64,000 bases of DNA from an uncultured Gemmatimonadaceae bacterium (GCA_963817955.1 CAWFQK010000002.1:480001-544000), one strand, 5' to 3'. Positions 48,003 to 59,958 are shown, counted from the first letter of the stretch. Notes: generated by a model from the sequence alone, not told the origin. Numbers and translations: made by a program.

Positions 48003-49142
48003 TCACTTGAGCATCAGATCAAAAGATTTGATGTCAGTGAGCTGCCTCGGTTGACGTCCTGGATTCAATGTTCCCGTCACCTTCACGAAGGCGCCATCTT
48101 TCATGTGCGCTTTGTCAGCCTGCTCATACTGCTCGGCCGTAAGATTGGCTCGCGCACGCACCAGTTCGTCGCCATCAGGCGTGAGCAAGCGGAGGATCAC
48201 TTCACCTGAACGCTTGCCATCCAGCCCCATCTCACCGTCCAATCGTTCGACTGTAGCTGGAAAAATGTCCTCGACATGCTGTTCAGTGGAGCGAAGCTCG
48301 CGGCGCACCTCTTCAATGCGCGGAAAGTAATCATTCTGGACGCGAATGGTTGATACTCGGCCCTCATTTACGGGCTTGGGAATAGATGCAGCCCAAGTAA
48401 AGGCAATCTCTACGGAGTTCTTGAGTGATGAATCTTCAAAACGCGTGAGTGCTTCACACAGATTCGAAGACACAACCGGGTTTGTACCGCTCTTCGTGGC
48501 ATCAACGAACGTATCCAGCGAATCGGTTTCAATGGCGGTGACAAGCTCAGCCAGCGCCTTCTTCAATGTTGATGTTATGCGCCGAACGAACGGTGCCTTC
48601 GTCTCATCTGGGTGTAGCGGCGTTTGCACATCCATACCCTGTACCGGGCATGAAACATTAAACACAAAACTCCCCGGCTGTGTGTGCCGGAATTTGGCGT
48701 TGTCGAGAAACTGTTGCGCCTCTGTCCTGTGTAGTCTTGGATGATGCGCCTGCGGTTTCAATACAGTACACGCGGACGACAGTAGTAGCTGTTGAGCACC
48801 TTGTATCATCGAACCAGCGAAGGCGAGCGGCAACGATCTCTCATTCGGCAGGGACGTTGTCACCTGGAATGCAATTGCATCATCGCCAACTTCCAAGAGA
48901 TTCTTGATGACTGCCTGCGCGGTTCGACCTTCCATGGCCGCTAGCTTGCCGACGACCAGCATCACAGCCTCGGAGTAGTCCGGGGCTGTCATATCCATCG
49001 GAAACACTAACTGTCTTCGCTCGAACTGCGGGTTGCTCATCACATACAGCCGGTCCTTCGCGGCCTCCTTGAGCAGGGTCCAGCCCCGATCCTTCGCGTA
49101 ATCGCGGAGATCCGTAGGAGGGATGAGAGTCTCAGGAGTCAT
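48003..49142 (-). CDS. Uncharacterised 379-aa protein (R-M cargo)
   Basis: Intact ORF, visibly less GC-rich than the flanks; ATGA overlap with the DUF4365-like gene; contains GSFV and VSSNLCEAL segments. Confidence 0.8.
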   Translation of the reverse strand: MTPETLIPPTDLRDYAKDRGWTLLKEAAKDRLYVMSNPQFERRQLVFPMDMTAPDYSEAVMLVVGKLAAMEGRTAQAVIKNLLEVGDDAIAFQVTTSLPNERSLPLAFAGSMIQGAQQLLLSSACTVLKPQAHHPRLHRTEAQQFLDNAKFRHTQPGSFVFNVSCPVQGMDVQTPLHPDETKAPFVRRITSTLKKALAELVTAIETDSLDTFVDATKSGTNPVVSSNLCEALTRFEDSSLKNSVEIAFTWAASIPKPVNEGRVSTIRVQNDYFPRIEEVRRELRSTEQHVEDIFPATVERLDGEMGLDGKRSGEVILRLLTPDGDELVRARANLTAEQYEQADKAHMKDGAFVKVTGTLNPGRQPRQLTDIKSFDLMLK

Positions 49143-49681
49143 ACGCCAGGATAAAGCGGGAAGTCGTGGCGGGAAAGCCGGGCTGCAATCTCGGTAAGTG
49201 CCTGCGGTGTGAACTTCTGCACCTTCGGTAGATATACCGTTGTTCCGCTACTGTTGATCGTGGCCGGCGCACCGCGGAGGCTTTGCCAATAGGCGCACTT
49301 GCGAAGAGCGAGCTCATCCTCCGAATGCTTCAACCAGTCCTGCGCGTCCGTTGGAAGAAACAGCACAACGAGGATGCGAGCCACGTCAACTGTACGCGTT
49401 CTCAAATCATCGTAGCGGTGCACGCCACTCAGAAAATACGAGAAGTTGGTCCCATCATCCGGAGGCGTTGCGATGGTGGCCTTTAATTGCACCTTGATGT
49501 CCACTTCCGTCAGGTAACCGCCCCCCGTGAACGGTCCCCAGGCAGTCAAGTTGGCGTCTACACCATTGTTGTCTTCATGACGGCTGCTCACACTGCACGC
49601 CACGCCTGCCTGCGACGCGACAGCGTGCAGATAGGCATAGCTCAACTCCGATTCAACGCTTGGCGGCGAGAGTGATTGCAT
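49139..49681 (-). CDS. DUF4365-like protein (PD-(D/E)xK-type fold)
   Basis: ESELSYAYLHAVASQAG...DNNGVD...VQLKAT...YDDLR...RILVVL..P...WL...AYWQSL.G. A TTG start at 49774 is possible. Confidence 0.8.
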   Translation of the reverse strand: MQSLSPPSVESELSYAYLHAVASQAGVACSVSSRHEDNNGVDANLTAWGPFTGGGYLTEVDIKVQLKATIATPPDDGTNFSYFLSGVHRYDDLRTRTVDVARILVVLFLPTDAQDWLKHSEDELALRKCAYWQSLRGAPATINSSGTTVYLPKVQKFTPQALTEIAARLSRHDFPLYPGV

Positions 49682-49813
49682 GATCTGGTCGATTAGTAGC
49701 GCATTTGGTTCACTGGTGCAACGCTCTGCTCCCTGCTCAGGAGCTTCGGCACCAGCTGGTATAGTCTCGGCCAAGTTCGTCCGAGAAGTCTTCGACAGTG
49801 GAGTCGTTGAGGG

Positions 49814-50865
49814 TCAAACTTCCGGCGACTTGGGTTTCCGCGGTCTCGGCAACCTTCTCAGTTCCTTCGTGGCCGCCTCGAATGCCGCGTCTACGCGTTG
49901 CGGCTGAGCATCCAGAAGAGCCCGATACCGCGCGTACTCCAATTCCGCCTTCGTCTTGGCGGAGTCGGCGGAAATCTTCCCTGCGTGATCCAGCAGTTCC
50001 CGGCCCGAGATCTTCAGAAACTCATCCAGCTTCGCGATCCAATCCCGCATCGTCATCGGCTTGCGGTCGAGCGCTTGGAGCTCCGCGTATTCGAGATAGA
50101 GGTTCACGACGCGGTTCAGCACCTGAAGTTCGTCTTCCGTGAGGTAGTTCTTGGCCACCGTGACGTCGTCCTTTCGCACTATGCCGCCGAGTCGCGTGGT
50201 CTGCAAACCCATGAAGGGGGCTTGGCCGCATCGACTCTCTCCGCGATCACCTCCGCCGCAGTGTGGCCGTGCGAGGCCCAGTGCATCTTGTTCTGAACGG
50301 CGGCGAAGAACCGGTGCGACTGCTCAGCGTCCGGCGTGTAGTCCACGCTGGTCGCGTAGATATCGAGCACTTTCTGGTAAAAGCGACGCTCCGACGACCG
50401 AATGTCGCGGATGCGTTCCAGCAGCTCGTCGAAGTAGTCCTTCTGCCCCGCGCCCGGCGGATTCTTGAGCCGCTCGTCGTCCATGGTGAATCCCTTCACC
50501 AGGTACTCGCTCAAGCGAGCCGTTGCCCACTGACGGAACTGCGTGCCCCGGTGGCTGCGGACGCGGAAGCCGATGGCGAGAATGGCCTCCAGCCGGTAGT
50601 GACGGAGCTGACGGGAGACCTCGCGGCCACCCTCTGATCGAACTTGTAAGTATTCCTTACAAGTTGCCCCGTCGGTCAGCTCGCCCTCCTCGAAGATGCC
50701 CTTCAGGTGGAGGGTGATGTTCTGTGGCGTGGTCTCGAAGAGCTCGGCGATCTGGGCCTGAGTCAGCCAGATCGTATCGTCTTCAAACCGGCACTGAATG
50801 CGAGTGCGGCCGTCCTCGGTCTGGTAAAGGATGAGGGCGGACTGGGGCACGGGCTCGCCACTCAT
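49814..50865 (-). pseudogene. rhuM: RhuM (virulence RhuM family) protein, frameshifted near 50215 (or a sequencing error)
   Basis: WLTQAQIAELF; GFRVRSHRGTQFRQWAT; KGFTMDDERLK; RIRDIRSSERRFYQK; QNKMHWA..G.TAAE; then MGL...AKNYL in another frame across a G run. Confidence 0.85.
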
Positions 50866-52215
50866 GGTGCAGTTGCCCTTCGTAGCTGGGGGGCCGCGCC
50901 GTGGCTGGGTCCGACGGTGGCAGCTATCCGGGAATCCCGGATAACTGAACCCGCCACCACGCTCAGTTCCCCGCTCAGCAGCTTCGGCAGCAGAGTGTCT
51001 CGGAGAGTGGCGAGGTTACGGGATTGAAGGGTGTTGGCGAACGCTTTATCGAAGATTGGCGCGACGTGCCGATCGAATGCGGTGAGGACGGTTGTGTTTG
51101 GCCAACACACGCGCAACCGTTTCATATCGGCAACAGTAACGTGGCCCAGGCCTGTGGTCTGCTTGTTCCTTGCCGTCTCGACAAGGACCGGTCGCAGGTG
51201 CTGAATGACGTAATAGACGAAGCGCTTCTCCGCCGATGTCGGTGTAATCACCTTGAAGATGTGCTGATTGAGCAAACCTTGGCGACCACTCCAAAGGAAT
51301 GCGTCCAGCGATGTGTCCGGGCTTCCCGACCATGAATACACCAAGTCGCCGGTGTCGATTACTTGGTCAGACCCGCTGGCACGCCGGCTCCATCTTGTTT
51401 GAGGACCGATGCCGTCCTTGAGTTCCCCAATTTTGATGACCGGCCGTCCGTATCCCGTCTCGCAGAAGTCTTCGCTTCGGAAGGCAGCACCATTGACCCA
51501 CTGCGCTGTTTCGTAGAGCGGAATCGTGCGCCATCCCGCCGGAATTTGACCGACGGGGGATTCTTGGAAGGCGTCAGGGAATAGGGCGGCGGTAGCTGGG
51601 TCGAGCCCCATGGGGGAGCGGCCATCGAGTTTGGCGCGGACGGGGTCGAAATCCACGAACCAGCTCTGGAACAGCGCCCGCGCCATCGCCTCCAGCGTCG
51701 CGTTCATCCGCCGGTTCAACTCGATCTTGTCGTCCAATGCCCCAAGTACCGCCGCGATGGCTTTTTGCTCAGCCAGAGGCGGGAGTGTGATTTCGAGCCG
51801 TGAGAAGTCGCCTTTGTTTAGAATGGGTTGTGCCGAACCGCCTGCTGCTTGGTGGCGAATCTCATCCTTGCGCGTGCTGAGGTTGTAATAGACGAACTCG
51901 TTGCTGAAGCGACCGTCAACGACGATTGAGTTGATTTGCTGATTAGTGACGCAATCGCGGCCGGCGATGGCGCCCTTCCCCATGTCGGAGCCAATGCAGG
52001 ACACTAAAACGGCACCTGCGGGAATCGTTGAGCCTTTTACGGAAGTTGCGCCGCTGTTGGTGAGACAACGGGCAGTAGTGCTAATGGTTTTCCTCCCGTC
52101 CATGTCTGACGGTGTGACGAATGGAATCTGCCCGCCGAAGTGACCTTCGACCGCGGTCAGCGGCGTCTTGCCGGTGACGATTCGGCCTAAATCACCGAGA
52201 GTTAACTCCTGCCAT

Positions 52216-52226
<11 letters not shown>
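50862..52226 (-). CDS. hsdS: Type I R-M specificity subunit
   Basis: Two target-recognition domains; [53 protein letters not shown]. Confidence 0.95.
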
Positions 52227-53802
<1,576 letters not shown>

Positions 53803-54125
53803 TATCAGGGTGTTACAGGTGTGAAATGTATTGGTTCAGCGTGAACTGGAGTGTCAGCGAGTGGGGTGAGGCAGTGGCATACCGGTGACGGTATTGTACT
53901 ACGCGATGTCGCGGGCGGCGACTCGGAGCCTTGCCCGAGCAAAGACACACTTCCGCTTACGGGCCGGCGGGGCGGCGGGGCGGCGGCCACGGCGATCTCA
54001 ATGTCTCGCCAATCTACAAAGCAGGAGAAAGAGAATCGGCGGACCGCACAGGAACAGAGACGGCGCCGGCCAAAGCAGCGCCAATCGAATGGCGTGTGCG
54101 AAGGCGAGGCGAGAGAGCCAGTTCA

Positions 54126-54215
54126 TTAACCGCGGCGTGCCGATTCGATGGCAGCGATGTCGATCTTTGTCATCTGCATCATCGCATCGAATGCGCGCTT
54201 GGCGGCAGCAGGACC
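54126..54215 (-). pseudogene. C-terminal fragment of a VOC/PhnB-like protein
   Basis: AAAKRAFDAMMQMTKIDIAAIESARRG-stop, with no upstream part. Confidence 0.65.
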
Positions 54216-54269
54216 ATAGTCGAAAGACCAGAGCCGATGGGCGATCGACCGGCCGCGGCTGATGGCTGA

Positions 54270-54606
54270 AGGCCTTCCGGTGATTCTTTCACTGCCTCCG
54301 CTCCCGCGGCAAGCTGTATGATCAAATTGGTCGGCAGACCGTGGTCGATCAGCACAGCCTCGTGCCGCCGGGGCGCTTCGGCCATCGCGACCGCCGAAGC
54401 GAGCGACGGCTCCGTCGCGATACTGGCCCGCGGCATCGTCAGCGAGCTCAAGTCCGGGACTGCCTCGAGCCGGATCTTCGCGACTGCCGCGAGACCTTCC
54501 GTAGCATCGTCGAGCCGTTCAGTGCGGCGAACGGAGCGGAGTGTGCCGCGACAAAATCTGCGCTGCGGCGGAGCGTCGCCAATACCTTGCCATCACGGTA
54601 TTTCAA
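54270..54606 (-). pseudogene. Remnant of a helical hypothetical gene next to the 21-nt array
   Basis: RBS-like GAAGG plus TTG, MKYRDGKVLATLRRSADFVAAH...; after a frame break KIRLEAVPDLSSLTMP...AVAMAEA...LIDHGLP. Confidence 0.55.
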
Positions 54607-54689
54607 ATGGCCTTCACATGGACATGAGGGCGCTGAAAATGAACTGCACCCCGGCGAGCGCCGGACGCGCCAGAGGAAAGAGCGAGGGA

Positions 54690-54900
54690 CAGACGTGAGA
54701 CGTGTCGCGATCGCCGTCTGACGCGACGGAAGCGCTGTCGGGAGTGACGGAATGGTCGTCGGAAGAGTGGGAGTGGCCTTCGGATGTGTCGGAGTCACCT
54801 TCAGACGTGTCGGAGTCGCGTTCAGAAGAGAGGGAGCCGCCTTCAGACCGGTCGGAGTCAGCTTCGGAAGCGACGGAAGCACCGAGCGACAGCGCGACGG
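54690..54900. repeat. Degenerate 21-nt-period array A (~9 units)
   Basis: Reads SDATEAL SGVTEWS SEEWEWP SDVSESP SDVSESR SEEREPP SDRSESA SEATEAP, a strict 7-codon period. Confidence 0.85.
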
Positions 54901-55008
54901 GCCGTGTGCACCAGTCGGTGCCTGGGTGAGAGGCGGTGGTCTTGCCTGTCAGGTGCGGAGTCCGTCCTCGAGGCAACTGCATTCGATCTTCGCGATCAGG
55001 AGTGGGCC

Positions 55009-55995
55009 CTGCACAACAGACGATTCCATGTGCAACGCCAGCCATCCCTGCTGAACGCGAGCGACTGGGTCCTGAACGCCGATCCATTGCCTGTGAACGC
55101 GGACCCATCCCACGTCGACAAGGATCTATTACACGTCCACGCGGATGATTCCCACGTGGCATCGCGCGGGAGAGGCCTCAACGCCCGAGAGTCTGATGTT
55201 GACGGCGAGGACTCCTCGCGTGACGCAGGTCTCTCCCTCCGGCACGGCGTGCCGTGGGTCCTGAGCACGCGGGCATCCGAGCTAGACGAGACATGAAGCC
55301 TCCTACACGGCCGCGAGTCCGATGTTGATTGCGAGAGGTTCGTGCTTGCCACCGAGGGGTTCGTGCTTGCAGCCGAGGGATTCGTGCTTGCACGCGAGCC
55401 GTGCGCTCTCACCACGGGCGAGTCACCCCTCGACACGCGTGGGTTCCATCTCAACAGGAAGGAATTCGACCTGACCGAGACACAATCTCACGTTGACGTC
55501 ACATCATCCCAGCGAGCGAAGCGAGGATTGCGTGTGGACGCGCGTGAGAGGCTGGTGGACACGCGTGAGAGGCGTGTTGGCGAGAGACGGTCCGATGTGG
55601 CGCGAGCGGCATTCGGGCTCGACGCCGGTGTGTTCGATCTTGACCGGAATGACTCCGCCCTTAGCAACCGCTGGTGCGAGCTGGATGCGCCGGAGTCCCT
55701 GCTCGATCGGCGCTCATTCGATCTCGACAGCGAGGAATTCCACCTGAACACGCGTGAATTCGGTCGAGACAGCGAGGGATTCCCTGTGCACACGCGTGAA
55801 TTCGGTCGAGACAGCGAGGGATTCCCTATGAGCAGGCGAGGATTCCCTCTGAACACGCGTGCATCCGCTCTGCACGCCGACCGATTCCTTCTCGGCACGG
55901 TCGCATCCTCGTTGGGTAGCGATCGATCCCCTCTCGCCACGGCCGCATCCGCTCTGCGGACCGACCGATTCCCGCTCGCCACCCGTGCGTCGTGC
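55009..55995. repeat. Degenerate 21-nt-period array B (~47 units)
   Basis: Uninterrupted 7-codon phase (LNASDWV LNADPLP VNADPSH ... LNTREFG RDSEGFP VHTREFG RDSEGFP ... LATRASC), with one TGA at 55294. Confidence 0.85.
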
Positions 55996-56172
55996 GATGA
56001 GCGTAGTCCTATATATTAGTTCCGAAAACAGGGGGTCAGCGCAAGGGCCAAGATGTCCGATTGACCAACCGACAGGTTTTGACGATTCCAGCGTTAGTAC
56101 GATCAGGAGGTCGCCAAGTTCAGCCAGTCGCGAAGTACGTCGCGTCCCCGTTCGGTGCGCCGTGGGTCGACA

Positions 56173-56204
56173 TCGGATTCCGCCGAAGGCACCGCGACTG
56201 GCGC
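56173..56204 (+). repeat. 32-bp direct repeat, copy 2
   Basis: TCGGATTCCGCCGAAGGCACCGCGACTGGCGC. Confidence 0.85.
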
Positions 56205-56276
56205 ATAGCAAGCAGTTCGCGGCCGGCGCCAGCACGGAACGACGCACCGCCCCGTAACGACTCGTCGATTCGACGC

Positions 56277-57000
56277 TCAGGATGATACGTTGGGTGCGAC
56301 TTTCGCCGCCTCGATCACCGGTATCCGCACCTTCACCATCGTGATCACGGTTCTGCCACCGGGACGGAGCGCCTGCGCGGCATTGAACAGCAGATTGGTG
56401 AACAGCTGCTCGAGCGCCATCGCGTCACCGCGCACTCTGATGGGCTCCGCAGAGGCAATTTCGAGGTCGAGTGTCGCCGGCAGCGCGGCGAAGGTGCCCA
56501 AGACGACGCTCGCCGCCGACTTGAGCACGTTCTGAATTCCGACCGGTTGGAGTGCCGCATGCGCGCTCCGGGCGACTCTCAGTGCGCCGCTCACCGACGA
56601 ATCGAGGCGCGCGATGTTGTCCAGCGCACGCAGCACGAGATCCCTGCCGGAAGCATCGCCCGGCGATATGGCGACCGTCGGGCGACCAGTGCGGCTGGCT
56701 GGTATCGCCCGCACTGGCGGTCAGCGCGCGCGTTGTACCGCTCGACAAGGAGTAAGCCATGAGCTTTCTAGGCGAGCGCCCACTGGGGAGGAATAGCCGG
56801 GTATTCCCGTTCCACGATGAAACGTCTGCTCCCTCCATCCAAGGGAGCGCTCCGAGTCCTGCCAGTCACCCAAGAAGATCGACTGCGCGTCCGGTCTCCT
56901 CCGACATCTTGCCGCGACTGACGAGTGTTGAACGCTTGCTCGTGCGGTCGTACGCGAACAGTTCGTCGTGGCGCGTCGTGTAGTAGATACGGTTCGTACC
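56277..57000 (-). pseudogene. Chimeric fragments: PD40/TolB-like propeller piece joined to a histidine-kinase HATPase piece
   Basis: TRALTASAGDTSQPHWSPDGRHIA, followed in another frame by ALDNIARLD...VRGDAMALEQLFTNLLFNAAQALRPGGR; no H-box or G-boxes. Confidence 0.6.
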
Positions 57001-57076
57001 GACCGCCGGAACCGCATCGACGATCTTGACCCCAGGCAACTTCGTGACCGTCGGCTGATTGAGCGGAGGTGACTTC

Positions 57077-57149
57077 TGTTGACGATCCTACACACGAAGC
57101 TGATGTTGACGACCGTCAACATCAGCGCTATGTTGAGTATCGTCAACAT
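57077..57149. promoter_or_regulatory. Three 18-bp operator sites at 27-bp spacing upstream of hipBA
   Basis: TGTTGA-N6-TCAACA at 57104 and 57131, degenerate copy at 57077; the middle site extends to 13-bp perfect arms (57099-57126). Confidence 0.8.
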
Positions 57150-57157
57150 CCCTCGCC

Positions 57158-57532
57158 ATGACCAAGACAGCCAACGCCGCAACCGTCGGTGCCCTCGTCC
57201 GCGACGCCCGCGTGGCCGCCGAGCTCACCCAGACCGAGCTGGGCAAGCGTATCGGCGCAAGCCGATTCTGGGTCGCCGAGTTCGAGAAGGGCAAACCAAG
57301 CGCCGCTATCGGGCTCGCGCTCAGAGCACTGCACGCGCTTGGGCTCGTGGTCCGCATCGAGCCGAAGAACCCAAGTGAACGCAGTGCGCGACAAGACGCG
57401 CATCGCACGCAGGTCCAACGTACGGACCTCGCCGACGTTATTGCTCATGCCACGCTCACGAGAACGGCCCCATCTTCGGTGGCAGGGTGGCCAACCGCCT
57501 CCGTGCCATCGCGCTCGTCGCGCAAGCGGTGA
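57158..57532 (+). CDS. hipB: HipB-like XRE HTH antitoxin
   Basis: GALVRDARVAAELTQTELGKRIGASRFWVAEFEKGKP; directly upstream of hipA. Confidence 0.88.
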   Translation: MTKTANAATVGALVRDARVAAELTQTELGKRIGASRFWVAEFEKGKPSAAIGLALRALHALGLVVRIEPKNPSERSARQDAHRTQVQRTDLADVIAHATLTRTAPSSVAGWPTASVPSRSSRKR

Positions 57533-57538
57533 CGGTAC

Positions 57539-58864
57539 ATGCCTGCGGCTAGGCGGAGTCGGCTCACCCGATCGGCGCGACCGGAGCTCGCCGTCGTTCT
57601 GCACGGCGCGCTTGCTGGCCACGTCCACCAGTCAGGGAACCGCAAGCTGGTCCTCCGCTACGACGAGGCATGGCGTACGACCCCGGGCGCCTTTCCTGTA
57701 TCGCTCTCGATGCCCCTCGACAAGGCGGAGCACGGGCATCGGGCGACATCGGCGTTTCTCTGGGGACTCCTTCCCGATGACCCGAAGGTCGTGGAGTCTT
57801 GGGCGCGGCTGCACGGCGTCTCGCCGTCCGATGTCGTCAAGCTGCTGGCGCACGTCGGTGAAGACTGCGCCGGCGCCGTCCAACTCGTGCCGCCTGACGA
57901 CGTCGGCCGCGTGCTCGGCGCTTCGACCCCGGCCGACATAGCGACGTCGGTCGAATGGCTGTCGGCGGGCGGAATCGCGGACTTGCTCGCTGCGCTGCGA
58001 CGCAACCCGGCGGCAGGCCGATCGAGTGACGAGCAGGGGCAGTTCAGCCTCGCCGGTGCACAGCCCAAAACCACGCTCTACCACCAGCGCGGCCGCTGGG
58101 GCGTGCCCAAGGGACGCGTCCCGAGCACGCATATCCTCAAGCCGCCGGTGCTCGATCTCGAAGACCTCGCGTACAACGAGCATTTCTGTCTGCATCTGGC
58201 GCGCGCACTCGGGATGTCCGCGGCCATGTCCAGTGTCCAACGGTTCGGCGAAGAAACGGCGATCGTCGTCGAGCGCTACGACCGCCAGCGTTCGGGCCCT
58301 ACCGTGAGCCGCGTCCATCAAGAGGACGTGTGTCAGGCGCTCGCGGTGCAACCAACACGGAAGTACGAGTCAGATGGCGGTCCCACGCTCGCTGACATTG
58401 CTAGACTGCTCGCACGCCACTCGTCAGACGCCGCGGTCGACGTCGCGCGCTTCCTCGATGCGAATATCCTCAACTGGCTCATCGCGGGACCTGACGCGCA
58501 CGCGAAGAACTACTCGATCCTGCACGGCGTCGGTCCCGACCACCGCCTTGCGCCGCTCTACGACGTCATCACCGCCCTCCCGTATCGTCGGCTGGCGAAA
58601 CGGGGCGTGAAGCTGGCGATGGCGGTGGGTGGCGAGCGGGCCGTCAGTGCGATCACCGCCAACCACTGGCGTGCGACGGCACGAGCCGTTGAGTTACCGG
58701 CTGATCTCGTCCTCGACCGCATCGCGGAGCTCGGTGAGCGCATGCCGGCGGCAATCGAGCGAGTGATCGAGCACCCGGACGGTGGCGCCGAAACACGCGA
58801 TATCATGGAGCGTCTGGCGGAGCCGGTCGCCGATCACGCCAGACGTTGTTTGAAGCGGCTCTAA
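57539..58864 (+). CDS. hipA: HipA family kinase toxin
   Basis: SLSMP; GLLPD; GEDCAGAV; FSLAGAQPK; HILKP; VERYDR; HQED.CQAL; KYE; DAHAKNYS; LAPLYD. Confidence 0.95.
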   Translation: MPAARRSRLTRSARPELAVVLHGALAGHVHQSGNRKLVLRYDEAWRTTPGAFPVSLSMPLDKAEHGHRATSAFLWGLLPDDPKVVESWARLHGVSPSDVVKLLAHVGEDCAGAVQLVPPDDVGRVLGASTPADIATSVEWLSAGGIADLLAALRRNPAAGRSSDEQGQFSLAGAQPKTTLYHQRGRWGVPKGRVPSTHILKPPVLDLEDLAYNEHFCLHLARALGMSAAMSSVQRFGEETAIVVERYDRQRSGPTVSRVHQEDVCQALAVQPTRKYESDGGPTLADIARLLARHSSDAAVDVARFLDANILNWLIAGPDAHAKNYSILHGVGPDHRLAPLYDVITALPYRRLAKRGVKLAMAVGGERAVSAITANHWRATARAVELPADLVLDRIAELGERMPAAIERVIEHPDGGAETRDIMERLAEPVADHARRCLKRL

Positions 58865-59032
58865 TTGCGCATGCAAGCCTCAGGTGAACATCGATTCCTG
58901 CCGCTTTCCCGCTCAGTTCAGCGCGCTTAGACCCGCCGAACGGTCGCCTCTGTTTGCGACGCGGGATACGCCAGATTCCGCTCGAACATGCCGCTGACGA
59001 GAAACACGTGGTGGCGAGAGGCTGCCTCCAGT

Positions 59033-59120
59033 GGACGCGGCTGGGCATTCCTGGCCGGCGTCACACCCACTCCGCGCACAACAGCTCTGCCTGCGCCAGC
59101 ACGGTCTTCACCGCTTCATC
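59033..59120 (-). repeat. Near-identical copy of the hsdR 3' end and its downstream flank
   Basis: Matches 44652-44739 ([23 protein letters not shown] plus flank) with two substitutions. Confidence 0.92.
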
Positions 59121-59286
59121 TGTGTTCGTCGGCATACGCGTCCCGGTCCAGGCGTTCATCGACTATCTCGAGGGCGGGCACCCACTCGCCGACTTTCTCG
59201 AGGACTTCCCTTCCGTGAACCACGACCAGGCCGTTGCGGCCTTGGAACTTGCGCGCGAGGCGCTCCTCCGCGCCGCAGCGGCCTGA
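59121..59286 (+). pseudogene. 5'-truncated DUF433 antitoxin
   Basis: VFVGIRVPVQAFIDYLEGG..LADFLEDFPSV...AVAALE. Confidence 0.8.
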
Positions 59287-59299
59287 CGGCGCGGAGTTC

Positions 59300-59430
59300 G
59301 TGCGCATTCTGCTCGACGAGTGTTTGCCAGCCCGACTCCGTCGCGCCCTTCCCGGGCATGATGTCCATACGGTTCAAGGGCTCGGTTGGGCTGGCACCAA
59401 GAACGGCGTGCTGCTGCGACGCGCCGCGAA
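59300..59430 (+). pseudogene. 3'-truncated DUF5615 PIN-like toxin
   Basis: MRILLDECLPARL...HDVHTVQGLGWAGTKNGVLLRRAA, then cut off by the addiction-module copy. Confidence 0.8.
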
Positions 59431-59630
59431 ACTCCAACCTCACCGCCGCAACCGGCGCTCGACTTCGGCAAATACGTCCGTCGCAGCGATGCCGACTACG
59501 CGACCAGTTGCGAGTTCCGTCGAGCGCCGATCAATCTCCGAATTCCACAGGGCCTCGGCGTCCGCATCGCGCTCTTCGAGACTCGCCAGAAGGAGTTCGG
59601 CGAGGCGCGCTCGATCGTGCGAAGGGAGTG
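59430..59630 (-). pseudogene. Second, 5'-truncated copy of the addiction-module antitoxin
   Basis: Highly similar to 44341-44541 with scattered substitutions. Confidence 0.88.
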
Positions 59631-59704
59631 ATGGGCGGTCCACGGACCGCGCGTTGGCGATCAGCGTCGCCGCTCTCGCTGGGCCCTCTGGCCTCTCACA
59701 GTTC

Positions 59705-59958
59705 CAGTCGATCGCCCGGCGGCTCCGAAGGGCGCTGGACAGCATCGCCACACCCTGCTCAGTGAAGGCGCGGGGGGCATAGCGGGGACCGCCGTGCGCA
59801 CTTGAGGTCACGAGTTGTGACCTCAAGTGGGTGACTCCTGCGGCCGTGAGCTGGAAGGCAAAATCAGATGGGAATCGGGCGGCATTCCTCGAGACTGCCT
59901 GGTTGAGCACCTTGGTCTGAACGCCGTACATCTCGGCCAGATCGCTATCAAGCATCAC
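59705..59958 (-). pseudogene. ORF6N-domain fragment
   Basis: VMLDSDLAEMYGVQTKVLNQAVSRN..RFPSDFAFQL...RSQLVTS...GG.RY.P.AFTEQGVAMLSSALRS.RAI; truncated at both ends. Confidence 0.82.

Noticed and set aside
48003..49681. PrrC or RloC anticodon nuclease in the hsd locus
   Set aside because: Neither cargo protein shows a Walker A/ABC-ATPase motif, which these nucleases require.
59440..59958. 172-aa ORF6N-antitoxin fusion protein
   Set aside because: A chance in-frame join of truncated fragments within the mosaic.
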